From positions 32,001-96,000 of IMG/VR virus record IMGVR_UViG_3300037466_003456: a DNA stretch of 64,000 bases, one strand, 5' to 3'. Each line of letters begins with the position of its first letter. Positions within the stretch are counted from its first letter, which is position 1. This document shows positions 17,271 through 26,324 of this stretch, piece after piece. The DNA is from a virus. The notes below the pieces were generated by a model. It searched no databases and had not been told where the DNA came from. It was given only the letters and a program-made list of their open reading frames with translations. The translations under genes and the position numbers were made by a program.

Positions 17271-17981
17271 TTAAAAAGACTCGATCTCTCTCTGTATGGT
17301 CTTTTTCGGTAATGATAAAACGGCCTCTAGTCCTGTTACTAATTGCCTATTCGTAATACTAATTCTATCATGGAAAACAGCAATTGAAACAGTTTTACCG
17401 TTAGAAAATAATTTTAAGGCATGGAGGAAGGTATTGCTATTGACGGTTATAAACAACTCGTCCTTTTCAATCGAATGTCCTGTAGTAAACCCCATTTGTT
17501 CAACTCGAAAAATTTGGTTGTCATGCTTTTGAAAAAGAGCTGCCTCTAAGCGAGCGTTGTGTCTTTTTAATCTTAGCCAGGTTTGATCTCTTTCTCGTTT
17601 CTTTTTGATGGTCTCAAGGAACGTAATAAGACAATCACTCTGAATTTCTATTTCTCTTTCAGGCTCACCTGAAAAGATGAAGGTTAAATCTTTACGGGTT
17701 AATTCATTTTTAGTAAAAAGTGATTGATATTTGCTAGGTCGCTTTTTCATATTTTGATAGGGGAAGGTCACAATCACTTCGCCTTCATCCTCACTATTCG
17801 TAGGGATATAAAAAACAGGGGACGTGGGTTCCTCATGCTTCATCCGAACTGCATAGCTCGTTTCCACCATGTACCCATATTCTTCATCAAAATAAACGCC
17901 TGCCGTATGGTCATCACCTTTCCAATTTAAAAGTGGCCAATGCTGCCTAAGCAGCATCGCCACATCGTATCGCGTTACCAT
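17271..17981 (-). CDS. Hypothetical protein, weakly sliding-clamp-like (236 aa)
   Basis: Start lies inside the terminal motif of the last array gene; GVYFD..MVETSYAVR and ITVNSNTFLHALKLF patterns. Confidence 0.65.
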   Translation of the reverse strand: MVTRYDVAMLLRQHWPLLNWKGDDHTAGVYFDEEYGYMVETSYAVRMKHEEPTSPVFYIPTNSEDEGEVIVTFPYQNMKKRPSKYQSLFTKNELTRKDLTFIFSGEPEREIEIQSDCLITFLETIKKKRERDQTWLRLKRHNARLEAALFQKHDNQIFRVEQMGFTTGHSIEKDELFITVNSNTFLHALKLFSNGKTVSIAVFHDRISITNRQLVTGLEAVLSLPKKTIQREIESF

Positions 17982-18370
17982 ACTTTCCCCACTGGAGGAT
18001 TAATCAATCCGTTGTCTTTTTTCTTTTCATACTCGGAAAATCGATTTCTAAAAGAAAGATGGTTACGATGTAAATAATTGATTAAGTTTTCTAACGTGGA
18101 GTCCGCCTTATTCGTGCGTGACAAAACATCAAAAATCGCACCATGTTCTTCTGACATAACAGCTTTAAACATTTCATCTTCTTCACTACCCCAGCGAAAT
18201 GGATTGTTTTTAATTTCAAGGATGGCCTGACTTTTGCTGGTATGAAAAAAGAGTTCGTCAAAATAAGCAGGACCTGAATCACACAATCCTGAATAAATAT
18301 CCCACATCAATTGATTGTAGTGGGTATCTAGTATATGAGCCAGCTCTTGTTTTGCCTTTAAAGCATCCAT
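17975..18370 (-). CDS. GxVW-array paralog 12
   Basis: Ends LINPPVGKVW; start MDALKAK. Confidence 0.8.
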   Translation of the reverse strand: MDALKAKQELAHILDTHYNQLMWDIYSGLCDSGPAYFDELFFHTSKSQAILEIKNNPFRWGSEEDEMFKAVMSEEHGAIFDVLSRTNKADSTLENLINYLHRNHLSFRNRFSEYEKKKDNGLINPPVGKVW

Positions 18371-18375
18371 GTTCC

Positions 18376-18816
18376 TTACCACACCTTTCCAACGGGTATA
18401 TTTATATATCTTTTTAGAAAGCCATCGAGATAGGACATATTTTTATAATTTAATACTGTCATAATGTCTTGGTACAATAAATTCTCGTACAGACCATCCG
18501 AGTGGTCGCCTGATGCTTTCTTCATTTCATATTTATTTAGCTCACCATGTAAAAACAGAAATCGTTCCCGCTTTGACATCTTTTCGATTATGTCAAAAAG
18601 GTACCGTTCATTTAAATGCTTCTGTCCTAAGAGGGCAGAAAGGAAATATTCAGGTTTATCCCTGGTCAAATGCAGTAAAATGTTTTCAAGGACAGTTGGT
18701 AAACCTTTCCCGTTGTATCTCATGTACGTATCGACCACCTGATTTTCAAACTCTTTTTGAAATGCAGGTATAACGAAGTTTAAATGTAACGGTTCTATTT
18801 TGCTAACTTCATTCAT
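18376..18816 (-). CDS. GxVW-array paralog 11
   Basis: Ends YINIPVGKVW. Confidence 0.85.
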   Translation of the reverse strand: MNEVSKIEPLHLNFVIPAFQKEFENQVVDTYMRYNGKGLPTVLENILLHLTRDKPEYFLSALLGQKHLNERYLFDIIEKMSKRERFLFLHGELNKYEMKKASGDHSDGLYENLLYQDIMTVLNYKNMSYLDGFLKRYINIPVGKVW

Positions 18817-18822
18817 GCATTC

Positions 18823-19191
18823 TCACCATACGCTTCCTACAGGTATATTTCGGCAATCAATATAATGCCGTCTTGTTGGATGGATATCCTTTGCATAGAA
18901 CATGTGTTTAAATTCCAATAAAATCTGAACGTCCTTTCGAATTTCATCTGCGTCGGTAATACGGATTTTGTCTCCTTTATTTCCAAGAAGAACAGAAAGG
19001 TCACTATACGGATTGCCTGTTTCTAAATAATTGTGTCGATAAACAGAAAAATAACTTGCAGCATACGTAAGATCTTTAAGACCATGTACTCCTTCATCAA
19101 AATATGCCCCGAATACAAATTCCTCAAAATCCGATGCCAGCTCCTCTGGAATGAATTGTAGCTGTAACTTTCGTTTAACTAATCCATCCAT
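18823..19191 (-). CDS. GxVW-array paralog 10
   Basis: Ends CRNIPVGSVW. Confidence 0.85.
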   Translation of the reverse strand: MDGLVKRKLQLQFIPEELASDFEEFVFGAYFDEGVHGLKDLTYAASYFSVYRHNYLETGNPYSDLSVLLGNKGDKIRITDADEIRKDVQILLEFKHMFYAKDIHPTRRHYIDCRNIPVGSVW

Positions 19192-19194
19192 CCC

Positions 19195-19572
19195 TTACCA
19201 CACCTTTCCGACAGGGAAATTGATAAACTTTCTATTCTTGAAACTAACGCTCATATGATATTTAAAAATAACGCTAAACAAGTCTTTATCGTACGCCCTT
19301 GAATACTTTTCAACTGCATCGTCCTGCCACTTTAGAATATCTGGTAGTTTGAACCAAGCGAATCGATCTCCGAATTCCAGTAACGAAGCTACCTCACGAA
19401 ATGAATCTACTGATTGGTCATAGATGGTGCCTGCTAAAGGAATAAATTCTGGAATTCCCCACTTAGTCTGTGTATCTGCGACCTTTTCGTAAATATCAAA
19501 TACGTCCATTTCAAATTGACTTCGCGATTCCTCCGGAACTAAAAGAAATGGTTTTTGCTGAACTACTTGCAT
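19195..19572 (-). CDS. GxVW-array paralog 9
   Basis: Ends FINFPVGKVW; TAATG overlap start. Confidence 0.85.
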   Translation of the reverse strand: MQVVQQKPFLLVPEESRSQFEMDVFDIYEKVADTQTKWGIPEFIPLAGTIYDQSVDSFREVASLLEFGDRFAWFKLPDILKWQDDAVEKYSRAYDKDLFSVIFKYHMSVSFKNRKFINFPVGKVW

Positions 19573-19937
19573 TACCAAACCCTCCCGACTGGCAGATTGA
19601 TATATTTATCAAGTAAAAAAGAGTCATAAGACAAATTGTGAAAGTTAAGAACTGCCATTATGTCATTTATGAAATCATCTTCGTTCGCATCTTTGAACTC
19701 CGATAATTCATCAGCTGGATACGGGTTCGAAAAATAATGCTGATCCTCGAATATTTCCAATCTTGCTGTTTTATGCAAATAAGACAAGACACACCCGAAT
19801 ATGTGATGGTCGGTTGGAAGTTGGACAGGATTTTTCATTGCAATTTCAAAATAGGATTTTTCAACATCTCGAATAAAGGAATCTCGAAGCTGTTCAGGGA
19901 CAACAGTTAATTTAAGTTTTTCTCTTTTTGCTAACAT
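19572..19937 (-). CDS. GxVW-array paralog 8
   Basis: Ends YINLPVGRVW. Confidence 0.85.
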   Translation of the reverse strand: MLAKREKLKLTVVPEQLRDSFIRDVEKSYFEIAMKNPVQLPTDHHIFGCVLSYLHKTARLEIFEDQHYFSNPYPADELSEFKDANEDDFINDIMAVLNFHNLSYDSFLLDKYINLPVGRVW

Positions 19938-20336
19938 TTACCACACCTGCCCGATTGGATGATTGATAACGCGGTTATTGTGTGTATGAGACATGTTATA
20001 GTGAAGCAAAACTCTCCTAATATCATTTATAAAACCATCGGTATTATTTTCTTGGCAAATCCCAAAATCCAAAAATTCATTAGCATCCAGTTCATTCGGA
20101 GGACGCCACATTTTAAAAACTTCAAGTGAGCATAATTGTTCAAATAAATCATTTACTTCATACATGTTAATGTCTTCAGGTGTTAGAAAATATAGTTTAG
20201 TTTTTTTGAACAGATAACCTGCAGTATCAAACTGGACGTTTTCGTATCCTTCCTTTACCAGCTCAACGAATTTATCTGACATGTAATCTGGAACAACAGA
20301 AAACTTCGGATACCCATTAACAACTAATTGCTTCAT
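19938..20336 (-). CDS. GxVW-array paralog 7
   Basis: Ends VINHPIGQVW; TAATG overlap start. Confidence 0.85.
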   Translation of the reverse strand: MKQLVVNGYPKFSVVPDYMSDKFVELVKEGYENVQFDTAGYLFKKTKLYFLTPEDINMYEVNDLFEQLCSLEVFKMWRPPNELDANEFLDFGICQENNTDGFINDIRRVLLHYNMSHTHNNRVINHPIGQVW

Positions 20337-20737
20337 TACCACACCTGCCCTACAAAATGATTGACATGTTTTTTGGGATTTTCTGAATTGATATAACTTA
20401 AGTTCAAAAATCTTAGCAGCCGTTCAACATCTCTAAAAGCAAATTCATAATACGGATCGGTAATGGCATATTTTCTTGTGCGTTTTTCTTCGTTGTCTCC
20501 CATTCCTTTCAACACATCGGACCAATAATTGATATTCCTACCGTTGGTTTCCTGATGGGAAGCCACCTTCAGAATGACATCTCTTGTAGCATCTGTAAGA
20601 ACATGTAAATCTGGCAACTCTCCTGATTTATAACCATAATAGGTGTTGAATATAAGATTCATAAAATCAAACGAAAGATGGTCAGGCACCCAAGGGAATG
20701 CCTGACCACTGTAAATGATATCTGCTGTCAATCTCAT
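20336..20737 (-). CDS. GxVW-array paralog 6
   Basis: Ends HVNHFVGQVW; start MRLTAD. Confidence 0.85.
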   Translation of the reverse strand: MRLTADIIYSGQAFPWVPDHLSFDFMNLIFNTYYGYKSGELPDLHVLTDATRDVILKVASHQETNGRNINYWSDVLKGMGDNEEKRTRKYAITDPYYEFAFRDVERLLRFLNLSYINSENPKKHVNHFVGQVW

Positions 20738-20738
20738 C

Positions 20739-21215
20739 TCACCATACCTTTCCAACAGGGAAATTGCGAAATACTGGATTGACGGAAAAGCCATGAATGG
20801 AATAGGATTCCTGGAAGAACATTTTGTTGTGATACAAATACCTTTTCATATCCTCAATAAATCGCAGTTCAATCACCGTTTCATTCTTTTCCAAGAATTT
20901 TCGTGATTGTTCCCAATGGTGGTCATCCTGATATACCCAATTGTGAGGAAATTGATTGGGATCGAATTTAACATTTGCTTCTTTTAAATAATGGTGATTA
21001 TAGATATCCGTGTAATGATCAAGCAGAATGTCTCTTGTAAGTTCGTCCTTAAACATCATATTATTTGTAATTAAAGGAACGAGGTCTTCTGGGCATCTGT
21101 CAGTTGCAGCTAATTCTATATACCAATCTTCCATGTAGCTCTCGAATAATTTTGTCGCTACCTCTGGAACCCACTGATAATTGACCGTTTGTTTCGCTAA
21201 TTGATTACTTTTCAT
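20739..21215 (-). CDS. GxVW-array paralog 5
   Basis: Ends FRNFPVGKVW; TAATG overlap start. Confidence 0.85.
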   Translation of the reverse strand: MKSNQLAKQTVNYQWVPEVATKLFESYMEDWYIELAATDRCPEDLVPLITNNMMFKDELTRDILLDHYTDIYNHHYLKEANVKFDPNQFPHNWVYQDDHHWEQSRKFLEKNETVIELRFIEDMKRYLYHNKMFFQESYSIHGFSVNPVFRNFPVGKVW

Positions 21216-21580
21216 TACCACACCTCACCAGAAAAATGATTGAAATACCTTGTACGAGGATGAGCGTCATCCGTATAGCAATAAAATAGGTGATACGCAT
21301 TTAATACAGAGACCACATCTTCATATGCCTCAACAGAATCCCTATGTTTTCCGAAATGAGCAAAGACATCAATTCCTGTAAACCCAGGATGTTCCTTCAT
21401 TCTGAATAAATTAGGCGGATGTTGGTTTCCATGTAAAATATTTGATTTAATCAAATCCTTTTGATACCACTCGAGCACATCAAATACAAACCATTCAAAT
21501 TGATGTTGATTACCTTGAATTAATTTCATTTGTTCCCGCAATTTTTTTACTCCAGAAACCGTCAGGGCTCCGTTCACCAT
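21215..21580 (-). CDS. GxVW-array paralog 4
   Basis: Ends YFNHFSGEVW; start MVNGAL. Confidence 0.8.
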   Translation of the reverse strand: MVNGALTVSGVKKLREQMKLIQGNQHQFEWFVFDVLEWYQKDLIKSNILHGNQHPPNLFRMKEHPGFTGIDVFAHFGKHRDSVEAYEDVVSVLNAYHLFYCYTDDAHPRTRYFNHFSGEVW

Positions 21581-21972
21581 ATCCCACCTCCATAGGGACA
21601 ATTAATGACTTTTTTACGATCTGCCCCTGTGTAAGACATGTATCTTGTTCTCAAATAATTAAGGACAATGGAATCCGTTTCGCTTTTTTGCATTTCCTGA
21701 AAGGTAAACTCGGAAATGCCTCCCATCGCCGCTTTCGAATGGAATACATGAGGGGCGTATCCATATTTTAGATGGATCCCTGCCGCAACCATTTCATTGA
21801 CCTTTTCTGAACGGGCTTTAAGATTTATTTCATCATGACATCTCTCTAATAATTCACCGATAAACGGGAAACCGGGAGATTTTAAGTTATATGAGTTGTT
21901 CACCAAATGGGCGTAAGTTTGCCATATCTGGTCTTCGTATGGAAAAATCACATACTTTTCAAGTTGGTTCAT
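21574..21972 (-). CDS. GxVW-array paralog 3
   Basis: Ends VINCPYGGGIW. Confidence 0.8.
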   Translation of the reverse strand: MNQLEKYVIFPYEDQIWQTYAHLVNNSYNLKSPGFPFIGELLERCHDEINLKARSEKVNEMVAAGIHLKYGYAPHVFHSKAAMGGISEFTFQEMQKSETDSIVLNYLRTRYMSYTGADRKKVINCPYGGGIW

Positions 21973-22245
21973 TTACCACACCTCTCCTATAGGGAAATTG
22001 ATATAACCGTCACGAAATCTCAAGAAGATATGATGGTCTTGGCAGCATCTAATAACTGAAAACGCGACTTCTTCAAAAGGTTTATCACTTAATATCTTCA
22101 CAGTGACGTCGTTTAGACTTGGAATGAAACCTACTTCTTGTAACAAAAAAGGAGGAGCATGATACGACATCTCTATTACCTCATCGTAATAGGCGTCCAT
22201 CACTTTATTTAAAAACACTTGGTCTTTTCTTTGAATAATATTCAT
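21973..22245 (-). CDS. GxVW-array paralog 2
   Basis: Ends YINFPIGEVW; TAATG overlap start MNIIQR. Confidence 0.8.
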   Translation of the reverse strand: MNIIQRKDQVFLNKVMDAYYDEVIEMSYHAPPFLLQEVGFIPSLNDVTVKILSDKPFEEVAFSVIRCCQDHHIFLRFRDGYINFPIGEVW

Positions 22246-22640
22246 TACCACACCTTCCCTACAGGCATATTGATGTAAGGGTCTTTTATTTTCCATAGTT
22301 CAATAAACTCTTTGCTTTTTATCACAAAAGAATAACCTTGACTTACAAGCTCGTCATAGATGACGGCTTCACCCTTAATAGGAGAATTCTTTATTGTGCT
22401 AACTAAGTGATTAAATTCATCTAGAGATAAATCTTTGCTTTTTAATTGCTCCGTTGCCCGAGTCAATAAATTAAGCATTTTCTGGGTGTATTCATTTTCC
22501 TTATCCAGATTGTGCATCATGTGGTGCATATAGATATTTTCAAAAGTTGGCAAAAAAATAGTATTAGAAGCAGAGGATCGATATGCTTCAAACATATCGA
22601 TCCTCTTAACTGCTGACAAAGAAAAGGTTTCGTTGCTCAC
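22245..22640 (-). CDS. GxVW-array paralog 1
   Basis: Ends YINMPVGKVW; probable GTG start overlapping the upstream TGA. Confidence 0.8.
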   Translation of the reverse strand: MSNETFSLSAVKRIDMFEAYRSSASNTIFLPTFENIYMHHMMHNLDKENEYTQKMLNLLTRATEQLKSKDLSLDEFNHLVSTIKNSPIKGEAVIYDELVSQGYSFVIKSKEFIELWKIKDPYINMPVGKVW

Positions 22641-23731
22641 GGTATCCAAATCCTTCCACGTATATGTTGGTAAGTCGGTGCTATTGCTGCTTCAATCGTA
22701 GGATGTTCATTATGTCCTTCCGCATAAAAATAACCCCCGCTATAGGCATCAGCGAATTGCATCGAGATACGAGGATATCCTTTTAATGTGTTCATTAAGG
22801 CAGAGAAAAGATCTAAGTCAAATGTAAGCATCGGAGCACCTTGAATCCACTTGTCGTTATAATCAGGCATAAATGGATGGTCCATAATATATTTCACGTT
22901 ATTAGTATCACTTTTATTCACCTCATAAGAACCATGACCAGCACGAAGCATACCGCGATCAAAATGCTGAACGGCAATCCGAATACCAGTCTTTAAGGGT
23001 TGCAGCACGTTGCAAGTTTTAACGCCAGCTTGCTTATCTTCGTTCATTGGTCTGATCAAATACACCAATCCCGGACGAATTCTTTCGGCATTAATGATGG
23101 AGTCCTTATCAACAAAACTCTTGACGGTATACAATTTTCCTTTAAATTCAAATTCAGAAACCATGATGATTTCGTTATTTGGTTGTTTCTCAGCCATCGC
23201 GGCTAAATGTCCGACTGGAACTCCAGCTGTAAATTGGATATTAATCTTCCTGTCTTGGTATTGCGGAGAACTTTGAAAACCTGTGAAATGATCATTAACA
23301 AATTCATGGATATCATTCGGACTTAAATCAACATTAAACTTTAACGCTGTTTTCTCCTTCATGGCGTTAATGTAATCAATCGCTTCCTTAGTACGGATTC
23401 TTTCCCGTTCTTTTCCGTCGTTTACATCGTCCCCTAGAATTCCTTCAGTGTCTGCGGTAGTTGTGTCATAGGTCTCTTTTCTATAATGATAGAGGCCGTT
23501 TTCATGCATAATTCCTCTCGGACCGACTCCTAGATCCACTTCTGCTCCTCTTGCATACTGGGCCCTGAAAAACATTACACCTCGATTGGAAACAACTCTT
23601 CTTACTCCACCCACTATACTTCCGTTTTCAACGTCAAAAAACATATACTGATTGTCGCTATCGCGATTCAAAGTAACGATTGGATAAAATAAAGGAATCG
23701 CATGCCCCATTTGTCTTGCTACAGTTTCCAT
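22637..23731 (-). CDS. Hypothetical protein (364 aa), possibly sliding-clamp-like
   Basis: Length is close to a beta clamp; the C-terminus LTFDLDLFSALMNTLKGYPRISMQFADAYSGGYFY...AAIAP recalls clamp domain III. Confidence 0.7.
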   Translation of the reverse strand: METVARQMGHAIPLFYPIVTLNRDSDNQYMFFDVENGSIVGGVRRVVSNRGVMFFRAQYARGAEVDLGVGPRGIMHENGLYHYRKETYDTTTADTEGILGDDVNDGKERERIRTKEAIDYINAMKEKTALKFNVDLSPNDIHEFVNDHFTGFQSSPQYQDRKINIQFTAGVPVGHLAAMAEKQPNNEIIMVSEFEFKGKLYTVKSFVDKDSIINAERIRPGLVYLIRPMNEDKQAGVKTCNVLQPLKTGIRIAVQHFDRGMLRAGHGSYEVNKSDTNNVKYIMDHPFMPDYNDKWIQGAPMLTFDLDLFSALMNTLKGYPRISMQFADAYSGGYFYAEGHNEHPTIEAAIAPTYQHIRGRIWIP

Positions 23732-23797
23732 ACATATCAATCTCCCTTTTTTAAAAATTAAATAAAAAAGACAGCACATCATTGTGCCGTCTATTCC

Positions 23798-24319
23798 TTA
23801 CTTCTTTTCTTCAACTGTTTCTGTTGCGTTGATTACTGCTTCTGCTTCTGCATTAAGCTCTTTTCCTTTTAATGCTGCTGATAAATTGCTGAATTTTTCT
23901 AATTCATCGTTCCATTTTTTCTTGGTCTTCTTTGTCACTAATTTTGTTTCATCAATCATGCGTTTTAATTCTATTTGTAAATCTAATGGGTTTTTCATTG
24001 TTTTATTTGCTAAATCAATTTCTTCTTTATTCCATTTCATCTTTGTATCAGTTGGGTTTTGATCCATATGTGTTGCGATTGCATTCACTTTCGCTAATAG
24101 TTCAAAATACTTTTTTGCTTCCCGTTTTTCCTTAATCCATAATCCACCGAATATGCCGCCTGTTACTGCTGCGCCTGCTCCTGCTCCGATTACTAATCCT
24201 TTTACAAAATCATTACTCTTACTTTCAATTACTTCTACATCTTCAAAACTTCTAAAACCTCCAAAATTTTCATCATATACATTTTCCATTTCTGCTGCTT
24301 GTTCTGCCATTTGTACCAT
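23798..24319 (-). CDS. Membrane protein with Gly/Ala-rich TM and coiled C-terminus (173 aa)
   Basis: LVIGAGAGAAVTGGIFGGLW; AAGGAG SD; promoter motif upstream. Confidence 0.75.
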   Translation of the reverse strand: MVQMAEQAAEMENVYDENFGGFRSFEDVEVIESKSNDFVKGLVIGAGAGAAVTGGIFGGLWIKEKREAKKYFELLAKVNAIATHMDQNPTDTKMKWNKEEIDLANKTMKNPLDLQIELKRMIDETKLVTKKTKKKWNDELEKFSNLSAALKGKELNAEAEAVINATETVEEKK

Positions 24320-24360
24320 GTTTAATCGTCTCCTTTTTATTTCATAAATTTTTTCTTACT

Positions 24361-24376
24361 CACTGTCCTTATAACA
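24361..24376 (-). promoter_or_regulatory. Early-type promoter motif
   Basis: TGTTATAAGGACAGTG. Confidence 0.7.
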
Positions 24377-24443
24377 TGAAATTGGAGATTTTTTACATAA
24401 GAAAAAGCCTACTAGATAGTAGGCTATATGTTCGTATAATTCA

Positions 24444-24665
24444 CTACTTGAAAAATCCGTTTGCAAAGTGATCGAGCCAATCGGAAAACCAAAGAAGACC
24501 AAAGAGAAAAGCAAAAGCAGCCATAACAGACAATGTACCCATAATTGCGAAATTTCTGCGTTCCCTGTTCTCTTTGTCTTGTTTTTGCATTTCAACCGGA
24601 GCTGGAGCTTTTTTATTTAACTTCCCGATTTCAGTGTCATCATAATAACCCATTAAAATCTTCAC
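24444..24665 (-). CDS. Small membrane protein (73 aa)
   Basis: AAGGAG SD; one TM segment; hairpin at 24405-24425. Confidence 0.65.
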   Translation of the reverse strand: MKILMGYYDDTEIGKLNKKAPAPVEMQKQDKENRERRNFAIMGTLSVMAAFAFLFGLLWFSDWLDHFANGFFK

Positions 24666-24786
24666 TCCTTCGCTATATGTGTCTTTATGCTCGAAATGTT
24701 CACTAATGATTATTTTTTAAATTCCTTGTCCATAATTCTTAATAGCCTAATTTGCAATCACTTTTCTATAGAAAGAGGTAAAAACT

Positions 24787-25047
24787 ATGGCATTAAATCC
24801 TCGTTTTAAAATTTCTATCCAGTTTGAAGAAGGACAAGAAGAATCGGTAGAAATAATGAAACAAGAGTTTAAAACTCGCTTAATTAAAGGAAATTATGAC
24901 TATTTTGCAATCATTGATGAAGCAAAAGATAACATGGTGATTAGTTTCATTCCAAGTCGATATGTTAGTCAAAAAGAGTTTCTAGACAGCTTTAAAAAAA
25001 ATGTATTAGAACCAGCAAGAAAAGCTGCTGGGTTAAAACAAGCATGA
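24787..25047 (+). CDS. Hypothetical protein (86 aa), the only plus-strand gene in the block
   Basis: AGAGG SD; overlapping hairpin AAACAAGCA/TGCTTGTTT. Confidence 0.7.
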   Translation: MALNPRFKISIQFEEGQEESVEIMKQEFKTRLIKGNYDYFAIIDEAKDNMVISFIPSRYVSQKEFLDSFKKNVLEPARKAAGLKQA

Positions 25048-25106
25048 TAATTGCTTGTTTTTTTTGTTACACAATTTACGTCATTGACGGCAAATGGTCG
25101 AATTGT

Positions 25107-25217
25107 TCACTCTTTATCTTCACCATCAATCCAACAATCAGAGCATACATAAACACCGTTTGATGTGACTTTAACAGTGACAGAATGGCTTTCACAACGT
25201 TCACACTCATACAACAT
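25107..25217 (-). CDS. Tiny Cys4 zinc-finger protein (36 aa)
   Basis: MLYECERCESH...YVCSDCW; AGGAGG SD. Confidence 0.6.
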   Translation of the reverse strand: MLYECERCESHSVTVKVTSNGVYVCSDCWIDGEDKE

Positions 25218-25261
25218 ATGAACACCTCCTTATGACGTTATATTTGTCTATAACGATATAG

Positions 25262-25441
25262 CTAATTTTTTGTTAACCGATCCATCCCAGTTTTTGTCAC
25301 CAGCCATTTATCTCCGTCTTTTCGTGCTTCCCAGGGGGTAAATCTCCCCCGGTTGCACCATTTATTGACTGTGTTTGTTGCAAGACCCCACTTGATTTCA
25401 GCTCCTCTTGTTGTATAAACCTCAAACAGTGGGGTAATTAC
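25262..25441 (-). CDS. HTH-domain reading frame without canonical start (-1 frame to the upstream gene end)
   Basis: VITPLFEVYTTRGAEIKWGLATNTVNKWCNRGRFTPWEARKDGDKWLVTKTGMDRLTKN resembles small Firmicute HTH proteins. Confidence 0.55.
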   Translation of the reverse strand, partial: VITPLFEVYTTRGAEIKWGLATNTVNKWCNRGRFTPWEARKDGDKWLVTKTGMDRLTKN

Positions 25442-26124
25442 TTTTCCAGCTTTTCAGCGATCTCCGTCATATACTCGTTTACATCACGACCTATTGATTC
25501 CAGGTGATTCTTAACGTCATCAAGGTCCATAATTTCACCGGAAGGCAGAGAACCTTGCCATTGTGACCATCTAACGAGAAGATATTTATCATTAACTTTT
25601 TCGCCATCTAGTTCGATGATTTTTTGGATGTATTGATGCAGTCCTGTGCCGCCAGTAACCATATTCCGTCCATCCCACTCATCAAGATTGACTTCATCTT
25701 CTTCAACTTCTAGTTCATATTCAACCATTTCATCATTGGTGATATCCTTAAAATTGTGACCATCCCAATAACTATAAACCATAACAGTCTCCCAATAGCT
25801 ACCGAAGGCGAATTTATTAGTGTTTGGATCATAAATAATTTTATCTTCGTAATTTTCAACATCTCCGTAAAAATCAGTTCCGGTTACATTAGCTTTAATA
25901 CCAATGCTTGCAAAGAATTCTTCAAGTTCTTCGTTATTATCATGATCTTCCTTGTATGCAGCGAGTTTTTCGTTTAACCAGTCAAGATCTATATCCTTAT
26001 CTGTTGTAAAGTCAACTTCCCAAGGTTCTTCCCCGAAGTTATAGCATTCTTTGATATCTTCTGGAGCTAGTAAATATGTGGTTCCCTCTTCATAACTTGC
26101 TATCCAAAGTACTTTTTTCATCAT
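25438..26124 (-). CDS. Acidic hypothetical protein (228 aa)
   Basis: AAGGAGG SD; long ORF. Confidence 0.75.
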   Translation of the reverse strand: MMKKVLWIASYEEGTTYLLAPEDIKECYNFGEEPWEVDFTTDKDIDLDWLNEKLAAYKEDHDNNEELEEFFASIGIKANVTGTDFYGDVENYEDKIIYDPNTNKFAFGSYWETVMVYSYWDGHNFKDITNDEMVEYELEVEEDEVNLDEWDGRNMVTGGTGLHQYIQKIIELDGEKVNDKYLLVRWSQWQGSLPSGEIMDLDDVKNHLESIGRDVNEYMTEIAEKLEK

Positions 26125-26324
26125 CCATTCCTCCTTAGATTTACTATGCCGTTTCTTTTATTGATAGTTTTATTATAACTCCTTTCTGTCTTGAAAACAA
26201 GACGGTAAGGATATTGTTTTTTGCGAAAATATTCCATTAAGGTCGTTTCATAAATCGAGCCACTATTTTCATAGCTTCTTTTGTTCGTAACCAACGCACT
26301 TCACGACTTCTTTTTCTTTTCATG

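Noticed and set aside
17975-22640. Array as integron cassettes, shufflon or DGR target
   Set aside because: No intergenic space or palindromic attC sites, no inverted orientations, junction DNA varies at synonymous positions, and no reverse transcriptase or template repeat is in the window.
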